Part shown: one piece after another, positions 41,325 through 53,428 of the stretch | Layout: each line of letters begins with the position of its first letter | Numbering within the stretch: position 1 is the stretch's first letter | From: Takakia lepidozioides | Lineage: Eukaryota > Plantae > Bryophyta | DNA: 64,000 nt | Reading direction: 5' to 3' | Assembly (NCBI GenBank): GCA_030704615.1 | Contig: CM060731.1 | Location: 68,696,001-68,760,000 of the forward strand | Notes under the pieces: model-generated | What the model was told of the DNA's origin: nothing | Seen by the model: the letters and a program-made list of their open reading frames with translations, nothing else | The model's database searches: none | Position numbers and translations under genes: made by a program

Positions 41325-43949
41325 ATGGAGTGTGGTAGCAGATCCATCCCAGAGAACTGGATTTCATGCTCAAGAGTACGAATGAGCCCCTGTGGATTCA
41401 CAGCTACAAGAAAATTGCAAGATGGTCAACTGGAAGCACCAGCAGCATGGTTGATTCAATCAGAAACCTCGACCTTGACTGCTGCTTCTGGAAGAGTGCC
41501 AAGTGAGGAGGTCCAAAAAATGTCTTCTGGCATTCGTGGGCATCTGAGGACACTATCTGAGGCAGGACAACTGAAAGAGGCTCTGCACATTTTGAAAGGA
41601 GGCAGTTCGGCAGACTCCGAGACATATGTATGTCTCTTGCATAAGTGCATGAAGATGAAAGGCCTAGCAGCAGGAAAGCAGGTGCACACGCACATTATCC
41701 AAAGTGGATTCAAGCCAAATGTGTTTCTACTCAACACTCTTGTCGACATGTATGTCAAGTGCGGGAGTATTGTGGATGCACACCGTGTGTTTGACAAAAT
41801 GCCTGAACGAGATATGTTTTCGTGGACTATAATGATGGCAGGTTATACCAAGTATGGTCGTGGTAGGAATGCCGTTGAGATCTATGAGCAAATGATACAA
41901 CAAGGGGTGATACCTGACAAGGTCACGTTTATTTGTGTTCTCAAGGCGTGTGCGAGTCTGGCAGCCCTGGAAAAGGGGAAAGAGGTCCATGCAGACATCA
42001 TGAAAGCTGGAATTGTACCAAATATCATTCTGGAGACCACCCTTGTGGACATGTATTCCAAGTGTGGGAGTCTTGAAGATGCAAAGGAAGTGTTTGACAA
42101 TATGGCTGAACGAAATGTGGTGTCATGGAGTGTGATGATTGTCGGATATGCCCAGCATGGGTGTGGGATGGAGGCTTTGGAGACCTATGAGCAAATGATG
42201 CGGGAAGGGGTGAAGCCAAACCAGGTGTCATTTGTGGGCGTTTGCAATGCTTGTGCCAGCCTGGCAGCCCTGGATAAGGGGAAGGAGGTCCATGGCGACA
42301 TTGTGGAAGCTGGGATTGTGCCAAATATCATTCTGGACACTGCCCTCATCAATATGTATGCTAAATGCGGGAGCCTTGAGGATGCAAAGAGAGTGTTTGA
42401 CAAGATGGCTGAACGTGATGTGGTCTCCTGGAGTGCGATGATTGCAGGATATGCCCAGCATGGGTGTGGGTTGGAGGCTTTGGAGACCTATGTGCAAATG
42501 ATGCAAGAGGGGGTGAAGCCCGACCATGTCACTTTCATTTGTGTTCTCAAGGCATGTGCCAGCCTGGCAGCCCTGGGAAAGGGCAGAGAGGTCCATGCTG
42601 CCATCATGAAAGCTGGAATCGTGCCAACTATCATTCTGGACACTACTCTGGTGGACATGTATGCCAAGTGTGGGAGCATCAAGGATGCAAAGGCAGTGTT
42701 CAACAGTATGGGTGAGAGAAATTTAGTCTCTTGGAATGTGATGATCGCAGGGTTCACCCAGCATGGATGTGGGATGGAGGCATTGGAGACCTATAAGCAA
42801 ATGATGCGGGAAGGGGTCAAGCCCAACCAGATCACGTTCGTCTGCGTTAGCAATGCCTGTGCCAGCCTTGCAGCCCTGGAAAAGGGCAAAGAGGTCCATG
42901 CTGACATCCTGAAAGCTGGAATTGTACCAAATATCATTCTGGACAATGCCCTTGTGGACATGTATGCCAAATGTGGGAGCATTGCTGATGCAAAGGAAGT
43001 GTTCGAGAGTATGGCTGAACGAAATGTAGTGTCATGGAGTGCAATGATCGCAGGATATGCCCAGCATGGTTGTCGTAGAGAGGCCTTGCAACTGTTTGAA
43101 GGAATGCAAAAAGAAGGCTTGAAGCCGAACAGTATCACCTTTATATGTGTTCTTTCTGCTTGTAGCCACGTGGGCCTAGTAGATGAAGGCAGACACTACT
43201 TTGATTCCCTGAGTCAAGATCATGGACTCACTCCGGCAGTGGAGCACTTTGGTTGCATGGTGGACCTTCTTGGCCGAGCAGGGCAAGTGGATGAGGCAGA
43301 GGACTTCATTAACAAAATGCCAATCAAACCTGGTGCAGTGGTGTGGAAGGCGTTGCTTGGTGCCTGCAAAATTTATGGCAATGTGGAGGTGGCAGAACGT
43401 GCAGCAAAATATATTCTCCAGTGTGATCGACAGGATGCCGCAACTTATGTGTTGCTATCAAACATCTATGCTGCAGCTGGCAGGTGGGATGATACTGCAA
43501 AAGTGAGAAAAATGATGAAGGTCAGAGGTATCAGAAAGGAGCCAGGTTGCTGCTGCATTGAGGTCGGCAACGGGGTGCACACCTTTGTAGTGGATGACAA
43601 ATCGCATCCACAAATTGAGGAAATCCATGCTGAGCTGAGAAAATTGTCTGGGCAGATGAAGCAGGCGGGGTACATGCCTGACACACGCTTTGTATTGCAT
43701 GATGTGAAGGAGGAGCTAAAGGAATTTTCTCTTGGCCACCACAGTGAGAAGCTGGCCATTGCTTTTGGGCTGATCAGCACGGCCCCTGGGACGCCTCTCC
43801 GTGTCATCAAGAACCTTAGGGTGTGTGGTGATTGCCACACAGCTACCAAGTTCATTTCAAAGATTGTTGGCCGAGCAATTGTTGTGCGGGATGCAAACCG
43901 CTTTCACCACTTCGAAAATGGGTTTTGTTCCTGTGGGGAGTACTGGTGA
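41325..43949 (+). CDS. PLS-E1-E2-DYW pentatricopeptide repeat protein (organellar C-to-U RNA editing factor), intronless
   Basis: Open frame with about 17 P/L/S motifs, E1/E2, PG box (KEPGCCCIEV), HSEKLA, LRVCGDCH and C-terminal HHF..G.CSCGEYW. The first in-frame ATG is at 41325. Confidence 0.96.
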   Translation: MECGSRSIPENWISCSRVRMSPCGFTATRKLQDGQLEAPAAWLIQSETSTLTAASGRVPSEEVQKMSSGIRGHLRTLSEAGQLKEALHILKGGSSADSETYVCLLHKCMKMKGLAAGKQVHTHIIQSGFKPNVFLLNTLVDMYVKCGSIVDAHRVFDKMPERDMFSWTIMMAGYTKYGRGRNAVEIYEQMIQQGVIPDKVTFICVLKACASLAALEKGKEVHADIMKAGIVPNIILETTLVDMYSKCGSLEDAKEVFDNMAERNVVSWSVMIVGYAQHGCGMEALETYEQMMREGVKPNQVSFVGVCNACASLAALDKGKEVHGDIVEAGIVPNIILDTALINMYAKCGSLEDAKRVFDKMAERDVVSWSAMIAGYAQHGCGLEALETYVQMMQEGVKPDHVTFICVLKACASLAALGKGREVHAAIMKAGIVPTIILDTTLVDMYAKCGSIKDAKAVFNSMGERNLVSWNVMIAGFTQHGCGMEALETYKQMMREGVKPNQITFVCVSNACASLAALEKGKEVHADILKAGIVPNIILDNALVDMYAKCGSIADAKEVFESMAERNVVSWSAMIAGYAQHGCRREALQLFEGMQKEGLKPNSITFICVLSACSHVGLVDEGRHYFDSLSQDHGLTPAVEHFGCMVDLLGRAGQVDEAEDFINKMPIKPGAVVWKALLGACKIYGNVEVAERAAKYILQCDRQDAATYVLLSNIYAAAGRWDDTAKVRKMMKVRGIRKEPGCCCIEVGNGVHTFVVDDKSHPQIEEIHAELRKLSGQMKQAGYMPDTRFVLHDVKEELKEFSLGHHSEKLAIAFGLISTAPGTPLRVIKNLRVCGDCHTATKFISKIVGRAIVVRDANRFHHFENGFCSCGEYW

Positions 43950-45559
43950 AACACAGTTTTCTGTCGTAAGGTGCGAGTTTCTGGTTTCATTCATTACAAC
44001 TCTGCAGCTGCTTTGTTCATTTGCCACTCCCTGGGAATGTTGCCTATAAGGTACTTTTGAGGGCATTTCTTCCTGGTATATCAACCTTCCAAGAGCCAAT
44101 TATGGGGTCCACCCACCAGGAGATGGACACTCAGCTTCACATTGCAATATATTCCTTTGTAACCAATGGCAATATGGTTGCACGCATTAACTGTTGATCT
44201 ACAGGGTGGTCTAGATCATGCTTGAAAACTAGATGTGGATGGCTGCTGTGGTAACTCCTAATTTGTGCATAGGTGTGAGACATTACCATCATTGCCCCGC
44301 ACAGTAGTCTCTTGAAAGGGAGAGAGGGAGAGAGAGCTTTACATTTCCTGCAACATGAGGTGGTGGGCAAGTGTTCTGTGCAAGGGTGATCTTCGCATGT
44401 TCTCCACCATCAGAAAGAAAGGTATGTGTGGATTGTTTGATTAGCTTTTTTGACTTCTTGTTTCGCACTCAGCAGCTGTCTTTCTTTGCTTGGACGCTCA
44501 TACAAAATTATACCTTATATTCATGTGTGCAGCTGCACATAGGTAGTTTCCTGGCCCCGCAGAAGGTGCCCGGACAGCCTTTGAAGATGCACATCAGCTT
44601 TCCATGCTTCTCCATGAAGCTCTTTCCAGCCCCAACCCTGAAGCTGCTTTGATTGACGCCCTGAAAAGGTTAACCATATCAATCTGAAGCATTAAAAAGT
44701 TGTCGACTCTGTCCTTCATGTCGCACGAAAGCCTCCGAGGATATATGTACAAAGAAACTGAAGTCGTAGCTTGCTTGCATCAAAAGTAGTGGGATAAGAG
44801 GAAGTGAAGACCTCAAATATCATTTTGTCCGGAACAGTTGGAATGGTCTTTCACAATTCGATTTGTCTACAAGGATCCAATCTTATGTGGCCAAAATTTA
44901 TCCCAGAGTGGGTGCAGAATTTGTAGCGCAAGAGGGCCCAAGAATTCAGTAGGTGGACCAGAAAGTACCCAGCCGATATAACGGGAGATCCAGAGTCTAC
45001 CTACTGGAAGCCAATGTCATCTTTTGTAGCTTGAAATTTTGTTCTCAACCAAACACGCACTTCTGGATGTGGGTTTGAAGAACAGTGAATTGAGTGTAGC
45101 GACTGCCCTTGTGGGTGACGGCTTGACCAAGAGGAGGTATTTGTAGCCATTCAAGATTTAGTTACACTAAGTTCAACTGACCCCAAGATTTCCATTGTAT
45201 TCATGTAGGTGTCACCCCTAATTTCAAATCATGCTGGAATGGGTGTCAATGGCCCACCCGCCATCCAAATGTTGTACAGCATGGCCCTGGTGATGGCTCT
45301 GAGGGATAGTGCATTTATGTTGTCGAGGTCAAGCAACTATTTGTATATGGATTTCGACTTGAGAAAATATAATTTGAAGTAACAATGTTATCACTCTCCT
45401 TAAATTGTTCGTCTACCTCGTCCAGGTCATTGGTCTAGCGAGCACCAAGGCATCATATGTGTGAATCTCCTACCTTCTTAGTATTCAGACCTGATGTAAG
45501 GGACGGGATGTTGAGCACTCACCAATTACTATAGAGTACTAGATAGAGTTCAACAGGAC

Positions 45560-46690
45560 AAGTATTATGGGACTTAGCATGCCCCAACTGCAGGAGTGGT
45601 GAGGATAGCCTTTGCAACTGGCAACATCAGGTTGGTTGCCTTTCCAGGAGAAAATCCTTTCCCTCCCTCTCGAGGTCTCTGGAGTTCATTCATGAGCGTA
45701 GTCAGGTTTAAATCCAGTATCTCCACCATAAAAGGGTACTCGATACTTCCTCCTGCCACCAAGAGTGGCTCCCATGCACCAATACCTCCACAATCCAACT
45801 ATGTGCCATATCTCCCCAGGATGTTTGCTTCCTTCATCAGTTTTGCATCAAATGCAAGCAGAGCTGGGCAACAGAATGAATGGTGTTTAACTGTAGAAGA
45901 CTTGGATTTCTACCTAGGATACACTATACTACAAGCACAGCCCGAGTCTTCAAAAATCAAAAGATTTCAGCTGAGCACACTGATTCTGCAATAAAAGCCA
46001 CAAGAAAATTTACTCCTGCACAGCATTGATGATTGCATGCGTCGCAGATTGGTTTGCAACATTTCATAAAGAGGGAAGCTACGACAGATCATGGCTTCCG
46101 GTGGGGGACTCTGGACTCCATATCTCCCGTGATGGCTGCTGGGTACTTTCTGGTCCACTTACTAAATTCTTGGGCCCTCTTCCGCTAGACAAGTTCTGCA
46201 CCGACTCCGGGGTAAATAATGGCCATTGCATAGTTTCGGATGCATGAGATTGGACCGCTGACAAGAAGAAGGTAACCTGAAAACCTCTCTAGAATGTACT
46301 GAATCTGAATGTCCAGGCACCAGTTCTTGACGAATTTCTATCCCTCTAATACTACCACATTTCAATGCAATCAAGAGCTCTAGGGACTTTGATTCTAAGT
46401 ATTACAGAAGCTGCCGTTGGAGATTTCTTGCGACATGAAGGCCAGAAAGAACCTTAAGAGGTATAATTCTGTATCAGTGTCCATGCAAAAGGAAAATTAT
46501 GGTATGCAGAAAAAAAGACAGATGTTGAGTGCGCAACGAAAAGTTCAGGAGCTACATGATCAAGTAGTTTGTGAATGGAAGGAAAGAAAGAAACTAGCCA
46601 ATCTAGCCTTCCCTTCCAGACACTACAGAACGATAATCTGGAAAAGAACTGCATTCTGGCTGAGAAGAGATGAATGATGAGACACATTAG
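45560..46690 (-). pseudogene. Degenerate protein kinase-like gene remnant
   Basis: Fragments KEANILG..., FMVEILDLNLTTLM....FSPGKATNLMLPVAKAI and HAKSHN resemble kinase subdomains III-VIb. The region is heavily disrupted. Confidence 0.4.
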
Positions 46691-47218
46691 CTGCGAACTA
46701 CAGAGTGATTAATATCATCTGGCGCTAGACAATCTCAGTATCCTCCCACATGAAAAATGATGAACAATGCAAGGCGAACAAATGGAGTTGCTCGGGAAAA
46801 AGATGACAACGAGGAAAGCAAACTGATAGTCAACGTGTTCAAGGTTTCGGCATGAGTACAAATGTTTGAAGCCTTTGTTATTTTTTTCATCGGTGGAGTG
46901 GGCGTCTGCTTCGTAGAACACTTTCCCTTCCAATAGAGCTCTACAACATTCGAATCGACTATGGATCAAATTGGACACATGCGCGGACACAGCTGAACGC
47001 CAACTGCCCACACACGGATAGGGACAAGTGGCCTACACCTCCAAATCAGAAGTTTTGTTATATACAATGACATACCATGCTACATGGATGTGAGCATCTA
47101 GCCAACAAGCAATTGCTACACTTTTAACTATAACATTAGCTTGTTTTGCTTGAACACCACTCACATCGATGCTGATAGATGGTGCACCCCACGAGGGCCA
47201 TAATATCAATATGGTCAA

Positions 47219-48165
47219 CTAGACCTGTTTATGAGCCACTTTGTAATCTCTCTTGTCCTTCTTGACTTCCTTGAGAAGGCGAAGATTCCACACCCTGTTG
47301 AAATTGATATTTGCACATCCCAGCAGATTGTTATCCTGATCGAAAATCTGTAGTTTGATCTTGTAAAAGCCCTGCACAAGAGTAACCATTCAGCTGTAAC
47401 AAAATATTGTACTGATGATTGTGGTAGCTATGAACCTTAGTACAGATCTCCATCCCTAAATGACAAGGCCACCAACTCTTACAAGAAGGGGTGAAGTTTT
47501 AAAGATAGCCATCAGAAAATCTTAAGAGTGCTTGTCTGTTATTTACCGGGGGTGTGTACACTGGCAAAACCTCTGTATTGTTCAGCTGGAATTCTCCGGG
47601 AGAAATTGGGCACCTGGACTTGGAACAAAGGTCATCCCGCTCAGTGTGCACCTTAAATCCATAATAAGTGACGGTCACAACAACTGTTCCCCCACTGATT
47701 TCCTGATCTGCCCATCCAACAACACCCTAACACACATTGGGAAGTTGGGTCGGGGTGCAGGGTTGTACTTGAGATTCATGTATATGAGGATCCTTCACTT
47801 TATATATACTTCATTATAGTACAAAAACTGCTTGAAGAATGAATCCAGTTCAAACAAATGCCAAACAAAACAGAGAAACAAAGCTCCCTGACACATTGTA
47901 ACTGTGGTCCCCCTCTCCCCAATAGCAGTTAACATTTGATGCACAAGACCACTTGAGACCCGATAAATCCCTGTCATACAGCTCTGTGATATGTACATAT
48001 ACACTCAATGATCTGCATGAGAAGCACCAATGAATGAGAAAGAAAAGCAGAAAGTGATCTTACGGGCAATGGTGGGAATAGTGAAAGACGCCTCGCCTCC
48101 ACTCACCACAGGGGCAGGCTGGATTGTCACATCCTTCACAGTGACTGCGTATTTGGAAATTTTAT
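47219..48165 (-). CDS. ML (MD-2-related lipid recognition/NPC2-like) domain protein; last three exons resolved, 5' exon unclear or degenerate
   Basis: Exons give KYAVTVKDVTIQPAPVVSGGEASFTI, ISGGTVVVTVTYYGFKVHTERDDLCSKSRCPISPGEF...LPVYTPP and GFYKIKLQIFDQDNNLLGCANINF. Confidence 0.8.
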
Positions 48166-48938
48166 CTACACTGACCACACACATCTTCCTCACACTGAAG
48201 GTCATTGCTTCCTTCAGGATATTACACTAGTAAAAGAACACAACAATAGTACATTCCCATGATGGATATGCTACCAAAAATTTCCTACTCGTTTCACCCC
48301 AAATTCAGGGATCACTCCAAATGAAAACACCGTAAGGTTCAGTGTATTAAGCCCAAGCAGTGAAGAAATATATCTCATCTCAATCTAGCAGGTACACATA
48401 TACTAAAAGGCAAAACTATCATCTCTTTCTCTGTATCAAGAAATTTCCCTCAGCCGTGCAAGCAGACATCAATACCAGAAGCAAGTGAAATACGGCTCAA
48501 CCTTTGTACGAAATCAACTGTAACATCCATGAATAGGATTTCAAATAAGGTGTATGAAGTTTGACCCCTCAAGTTGACCTGGCTTACTCATTTGTATAGG
48601 TAGGTAAAGATTCGATGGTGTTGTTCGAGGAAGGGAGAGACGAAGCTGCGGGTGTAGCTTCCAATTGCTCACGTGGGCCTTGGCTTTAAGGCTTATTTTT
48701 TAGGATCCTTCAGTGTTGTTGTATCGCTCCTTCACTCTCTCTCTCACTTCACTTCATTTCATTTCTCTCACTCGCTCATCTTGCGTGAAGCCCTAATGCC
48801 GTGTGTTGATCTCAACTCAAAGCTGTTAACCAAGAGTAGCTCTCCAAGAAGTGCGGATTCTAGTTGCAGGGAGATTCGACACTAGTAAAATTGTTTGCAG
48901 GGTCGCTTGCAGAGGGTTTTGTGAAGGAATTGGTAACA

Positions 48939-51865
48939 ATGGGGGGAGGACCTGGAGCAACCGGGAGGCGAGATGAAGTAGTGCTCATCACAGGCTGCTC
49001 GGATGGCGGTATAGGCGCTAGTCTTGCCTTGGCATTTAGTGACGCGGGCTACAATGTTGTGGCGACATCCAGGTCGTTGGATACCATGAAACAGCTGCAG
49101 GAAAATCTTCATATTGCAACCTTGGCTATTGATATCACTGTCGAAGCTAACATTCGCGAAGCGGTGGAGACCGTCATGGCAAAGTATGGCCGCATTGATA
49201 TTTTGGTCAACAACGCTGGCGTTCCTGCCGTAGCTCCCGTTGCCGAGGCCCCTTTCTCCCTGGTGGAAAGGACCTTCCGAACCAATCTATTTGGTATAAA
49301 TGTTATTTCATGGCGTGACTGAGAGGTTCGCAATTTTCGTGTAGAATCTGGGGTAATGTTGCAATAAGAGTATTTGGACAGGAGCTTTCACATCCTCACC
49401 CTATTATGGGCGCTTAATTTGCGACCGGTACATCAACCAGATTGTCAGAAAGCGCCTGCACAATCTAAATCAGAGTGATGAGAACAGTACTCAGACGTCA
49501 ACAGCGGCTGACTGACGTTTGAGGTTCGATGTACTTCCTTGGTACAAGTGTAGCAAACGTTTGAACACTGCTTTTGAGTGCAATTCCACCCTGCTTTCGT
49601 TCGAAATTGGGGGCGATGGACTAAACTATGCTGGAAGTTGGCTATCTCGGAATATTGAAGATATGGAGAGTATTCCCACATCTTGCCCATAAAACCGCCA
49701 CTCATGTCATTCACTGAGTACTCAACAAGGCGAAGCTTTGTCCTTAATTGATCGCCCAAAGCAGAGCTGGATTTCGAAGAATAGAAAGGGGGCACTCAGC
49801 CTAGCATACCATCGAAATACTAATTAAACATAGACTGACAGATTGAAATGTATTGGCATTGCTTGTCATGAGTTTGCATTTTTTTCTATGTCCTGGTTTT
49901 GACTTCTTTGAAGCCCTCGGATGAAACCTTCGAAATGATGGATTTCGCAGGTCCACTTTTGTTAATTCAAGCAGTTGTGCCACACATGGCTGCTCAAGGG
50001 AAGGGTGTAATTGCCAATGTGGGCAGCATTGGCGCATACACTGTTGGTCCTTGGGTTGGCATCTACTCCAGCTCAAAAGCAGCTTTCCATTCCTTGAGTG
50101 ATGCACTTCGGTAAGTATTTCAAATGTCATGAGAAGAAAGAGTAATAGTCCGAAATTACTCCCATTCCAACAACAGCATGTTGTCTAACACCAGATCCGT
50201 CCTTCCCCTCCTTCCACAGTCCACTGGGGAGAGAGAGAGAAGAGAAGAGAAATGAAATGAAATGAAATGGTGCTTTATAACGTCCGCGGAAAGCTCATAG
50301 AGCTTATGGGACAAAATGGAAGAAAACATGAGAGAGGAACAAATCCAGAAACCACAATTAATGTTCTAGCGATTGTCTAAGAGTGAAGGCCTCGTGCAGG
50401 TAGGCTGCCAAGCATTTTTGATCCTCATAGTGGAAGACATCAGTGAGAGTTTGGGTTCCACTGAATAAACAGTGGAATCTCCCACGGATCTCGTAGTATA
50501 GAGGGCAGTAGAAGAAGAAGTGTTCTTCAGTTTCAATTTCCTTGCTGCGCCCTATGCAAGCTGGACATAGGCGGTCCTCCCGTTGCAGGTTTTCCCATCT
50601 GCCAGTCTCTATCCGTAGGTTGTGGGAACCCACCCTGAACCGCCCCAATGCCCTCAGGAGGGAAGGAGATAAGGATGCTGAAAGGAGAAGACAAAGAAAA
50701 AGAAATGAATAAAAAAAAGGTTCATGACGTCCACAGAGGGCCACAAGGGATGGGACAGGGAGAGAGCATTTTTAGATGCAGGATTAATGGCATGAAAGGG
50801 AGCATGAAGGTATCTAAAAATCAGTGAAACAGAAAGAGGTGCTCAGCAATTAATACGCATGGGAGCAGAGTGATATTTAGAGCCCTGGATGATTACAAGT
50901 TGTCACATTAGTTTGTGTTGGGAAAGGTTCTTTGGCTTTCAAGTTGTCTCCAGGATTTTGAGAGACTGTTGCAGCTGTTTCCTGATTCTTGTCGAAGTTG
51001 CAAGACACATACAATTTTGATTCTTGCCTGCACACACCCAGCATGCTGATTATTCCAGCGGCCGGCTGTACAGTGTCATCCTTTTGATATATAGTGTGTC
51101 TAGGTCACTCTATATTAAGCAGTCAAGAGCATCCAATTATGTCTACTAACCCAAGGACTTATGTCCTTGGCTATGTCTTGCATAATTATGCAACCTCTAT
51201 CACGTATCTAGCTTTCAAATTCAAAACGGTAGAATGCTTGAGAGAGCTCCATGGAATTGATCTAGGCACTGAGGTCAGTTTTCTGGCTTTTAGAATCTCA
51301 AATGGTTTGTAAAGGTTGTCCCAAGACTTCTTGCTTTTCTCCAGTCCTGTGTCGCACCAATTATCAGACGTGTAGCATGTGTGATTTCCTTCCTCTCCAT
51401 GCCATTTTTTATTTCAAATAACTCTTATGTCAGGTTAAGGGACACAGGGCGGGTGGTGACTTTGCTGATGTGGGATCAACTTGATCATCTAAAAACTTGA
51501 TTGACACTATCTTGCCAGGCAGGAGCTGAAGCCGTTTGGAATCGATGTCATCGTGATTGCCCCTGGGGCCATTGTTTCTGGTATGGGTACAAAGTCCCAT
51601 ACAACAGATTTGGCCCTCAAATTGTACAAGCCTTACGAAGGGACATTGATCCAGCGGGCAGGTGCATCTCAGAGTTGAAAGTCTACACCCACTGATGAAT
51701 TTGAAGGCAGTTGCAGCTATAACCTCAAGTCAGGTCCCATCTTACTTCACATATGGCTACTTCTCTCGCACATACTGGTGGCTACACTATGCACCGTCTT
51801 GGGTGCAAGACTGGTGGTTCTCTTCATCGATACCCTCAGTAAAGATTGAGAAAAAGAATGATTAG
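48939..51865 (+). pseudogene. Short-chain dehydrogenase/reductase (Ayr1/17beta-HSD-like), exons ~48939-49294, 49952-50110, 51520-51865; last exon disrupted
   Basis: Motifs VVLITGCSDGGIG, IDILVNNAG, NVGS, YSSSKAA and ELKPFGIDVIVIAPG. An in-frame TGA at 51676 is followed by a frameshift before AVAAITSSQVPSYFTYGYFS. Confidence 0.85.
50249..50683 (-). mobile_element. 5'-truncated non-LTR retrotransposon 3' end with (CATTT)n tail, in SDR intron 2
   Basis: C-terminal LINE motif LGRFRVGSHNLRIETGRW...RLCPAC...ETEEHFFFYCPLYYEIR with tail (GAAAT)4 on the + strand. It is absent from the duplicated copy at ~54620-54645. Confidence 0.85.
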
Positions 51866-53428
51866 TGTTGCTGATACTGGTCCTAAGACGATCCTATCCA
51901 GCTTTGTCCCATCAGTGGCCTGTGACTCCAAGGTGAAAGTGCGAAGATCTACACCAACAATTACTGGAACCCACATGAAAGCAGATGTACGCATCAATCT
52001 GTTACTGGACTGGTTTGTCCATGATTGGGTAGGCCTGTACTATCTCAAAAATGTGGAAAAATGTCGAGCGTCCATGAACATTGAGTGGACTTCTGGCTGA
52101 AAGGAGACAGACGATGAAGGGAATATGGAAAAGGGGCCTGCAAGGTCCAGTGCCATTAGAATTAGTTGATGTAGATACAACTTCTGCTCTTTCGTGCTGT
52201 CAAGAACCAGAAGTGTGGGTATCTTTCCTGTATAAATCGTGTGAACAGGGTGTTGGATTTGGAATGAGATCAGCTGTGTTTGAGTTCGTGTTATAAAATT
52301 GAGAACTGGCTGGATTGAACTAGTGCTACCATTGAGAGCAGAGACGAGTGACCTGATAAGTGGTATCTCTCCCGATGATCATTGGTAGGGTTTAGAAGCC
52401 CCTCTCATGGCTTGACAAGTTACTTAAACATCAGTAATTTTTTTAACCTCTGAGGTCGTATTTTACCTCGATAGAACGTTCTTTATATAGGGTAGATTTC
52501 TTTAGTTGAGCACTAGCTTTGATAATGTCTTTTTGAAGGCCTTAAATCATCATGTGGGCCCCTGATGATGCACATACACATGCACCCAACATGGGTATAT
52601 GTAGTCTTTATTCTTGGTTGAACTTCCAAAACTTCAATGTCTACAATCATATGAAGTGACATTCCATTAATGAGCTTATAGGGAAGACATATTGTAGTGT
52701 TCATTCCAAAGCTTCTCCTCATCTCTGTTATCTGCTTTTGGATACTTTCCTGCTGCCACATCGGCAATGATTTGTCAAAGTCGTTCCAAACCACCACAGA
52801 TCCACCCAATGAGCTAATAACTTACAGAATTCAATATGCATCAATATGCATCTGAATTCAATATGCATCTCCGGTCACCTCTCATTTTTGAATAATTGGG
52901 AGTTTAAGGCTCGGAGGGTCTGGGTCTGCTCGCAGGTTGGGTCTACTCGAGGGTAGGGTCATTAATACAAGTGCAGCCGGAACCATCATTAATGCACATT
53001 TGACGCAGCCAGAGTTGAACCCACAACCTCGTAGGTACCACTCAATGCGCCCAACCACGACACTACCCACTCTCATTGCTGCAACCCCAACATTTTTTTT
53101 TATCTCTTAACCTAGAAAACAACCGCAGTCAGCCGTCAGGGCCTGTGGACCCTACCTCACGGCAGACCATACCTGGTGGCAGACCCATCCTCGCGACAGA
53201 CCCACCCGGGCCGGGTCATGGGTCACGACGGGGCCACCCAATGGCGCTCGACGTTCGTGCATGGGGCCCGCTGCCTGGCGCACACACGTGAGCCTTAAAC
53301 TCCCAATTATTCAACAATGAGAAGCTCTCAAGGCCGAGTCTAATGAGAGGGCAAAACAGGCTGAAATAGGTCGAAGAAGCTGACTCTCCCAAAGAATACA
53401 TCAGAAATAATATCAAATGAGGTGAATG

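Noticed and set aside
41404-43855. Periodic antisense and alternative-frame ORFs over the PPR genes
   Set aside because: They are by-products of the 303-bp repeat coding strand.
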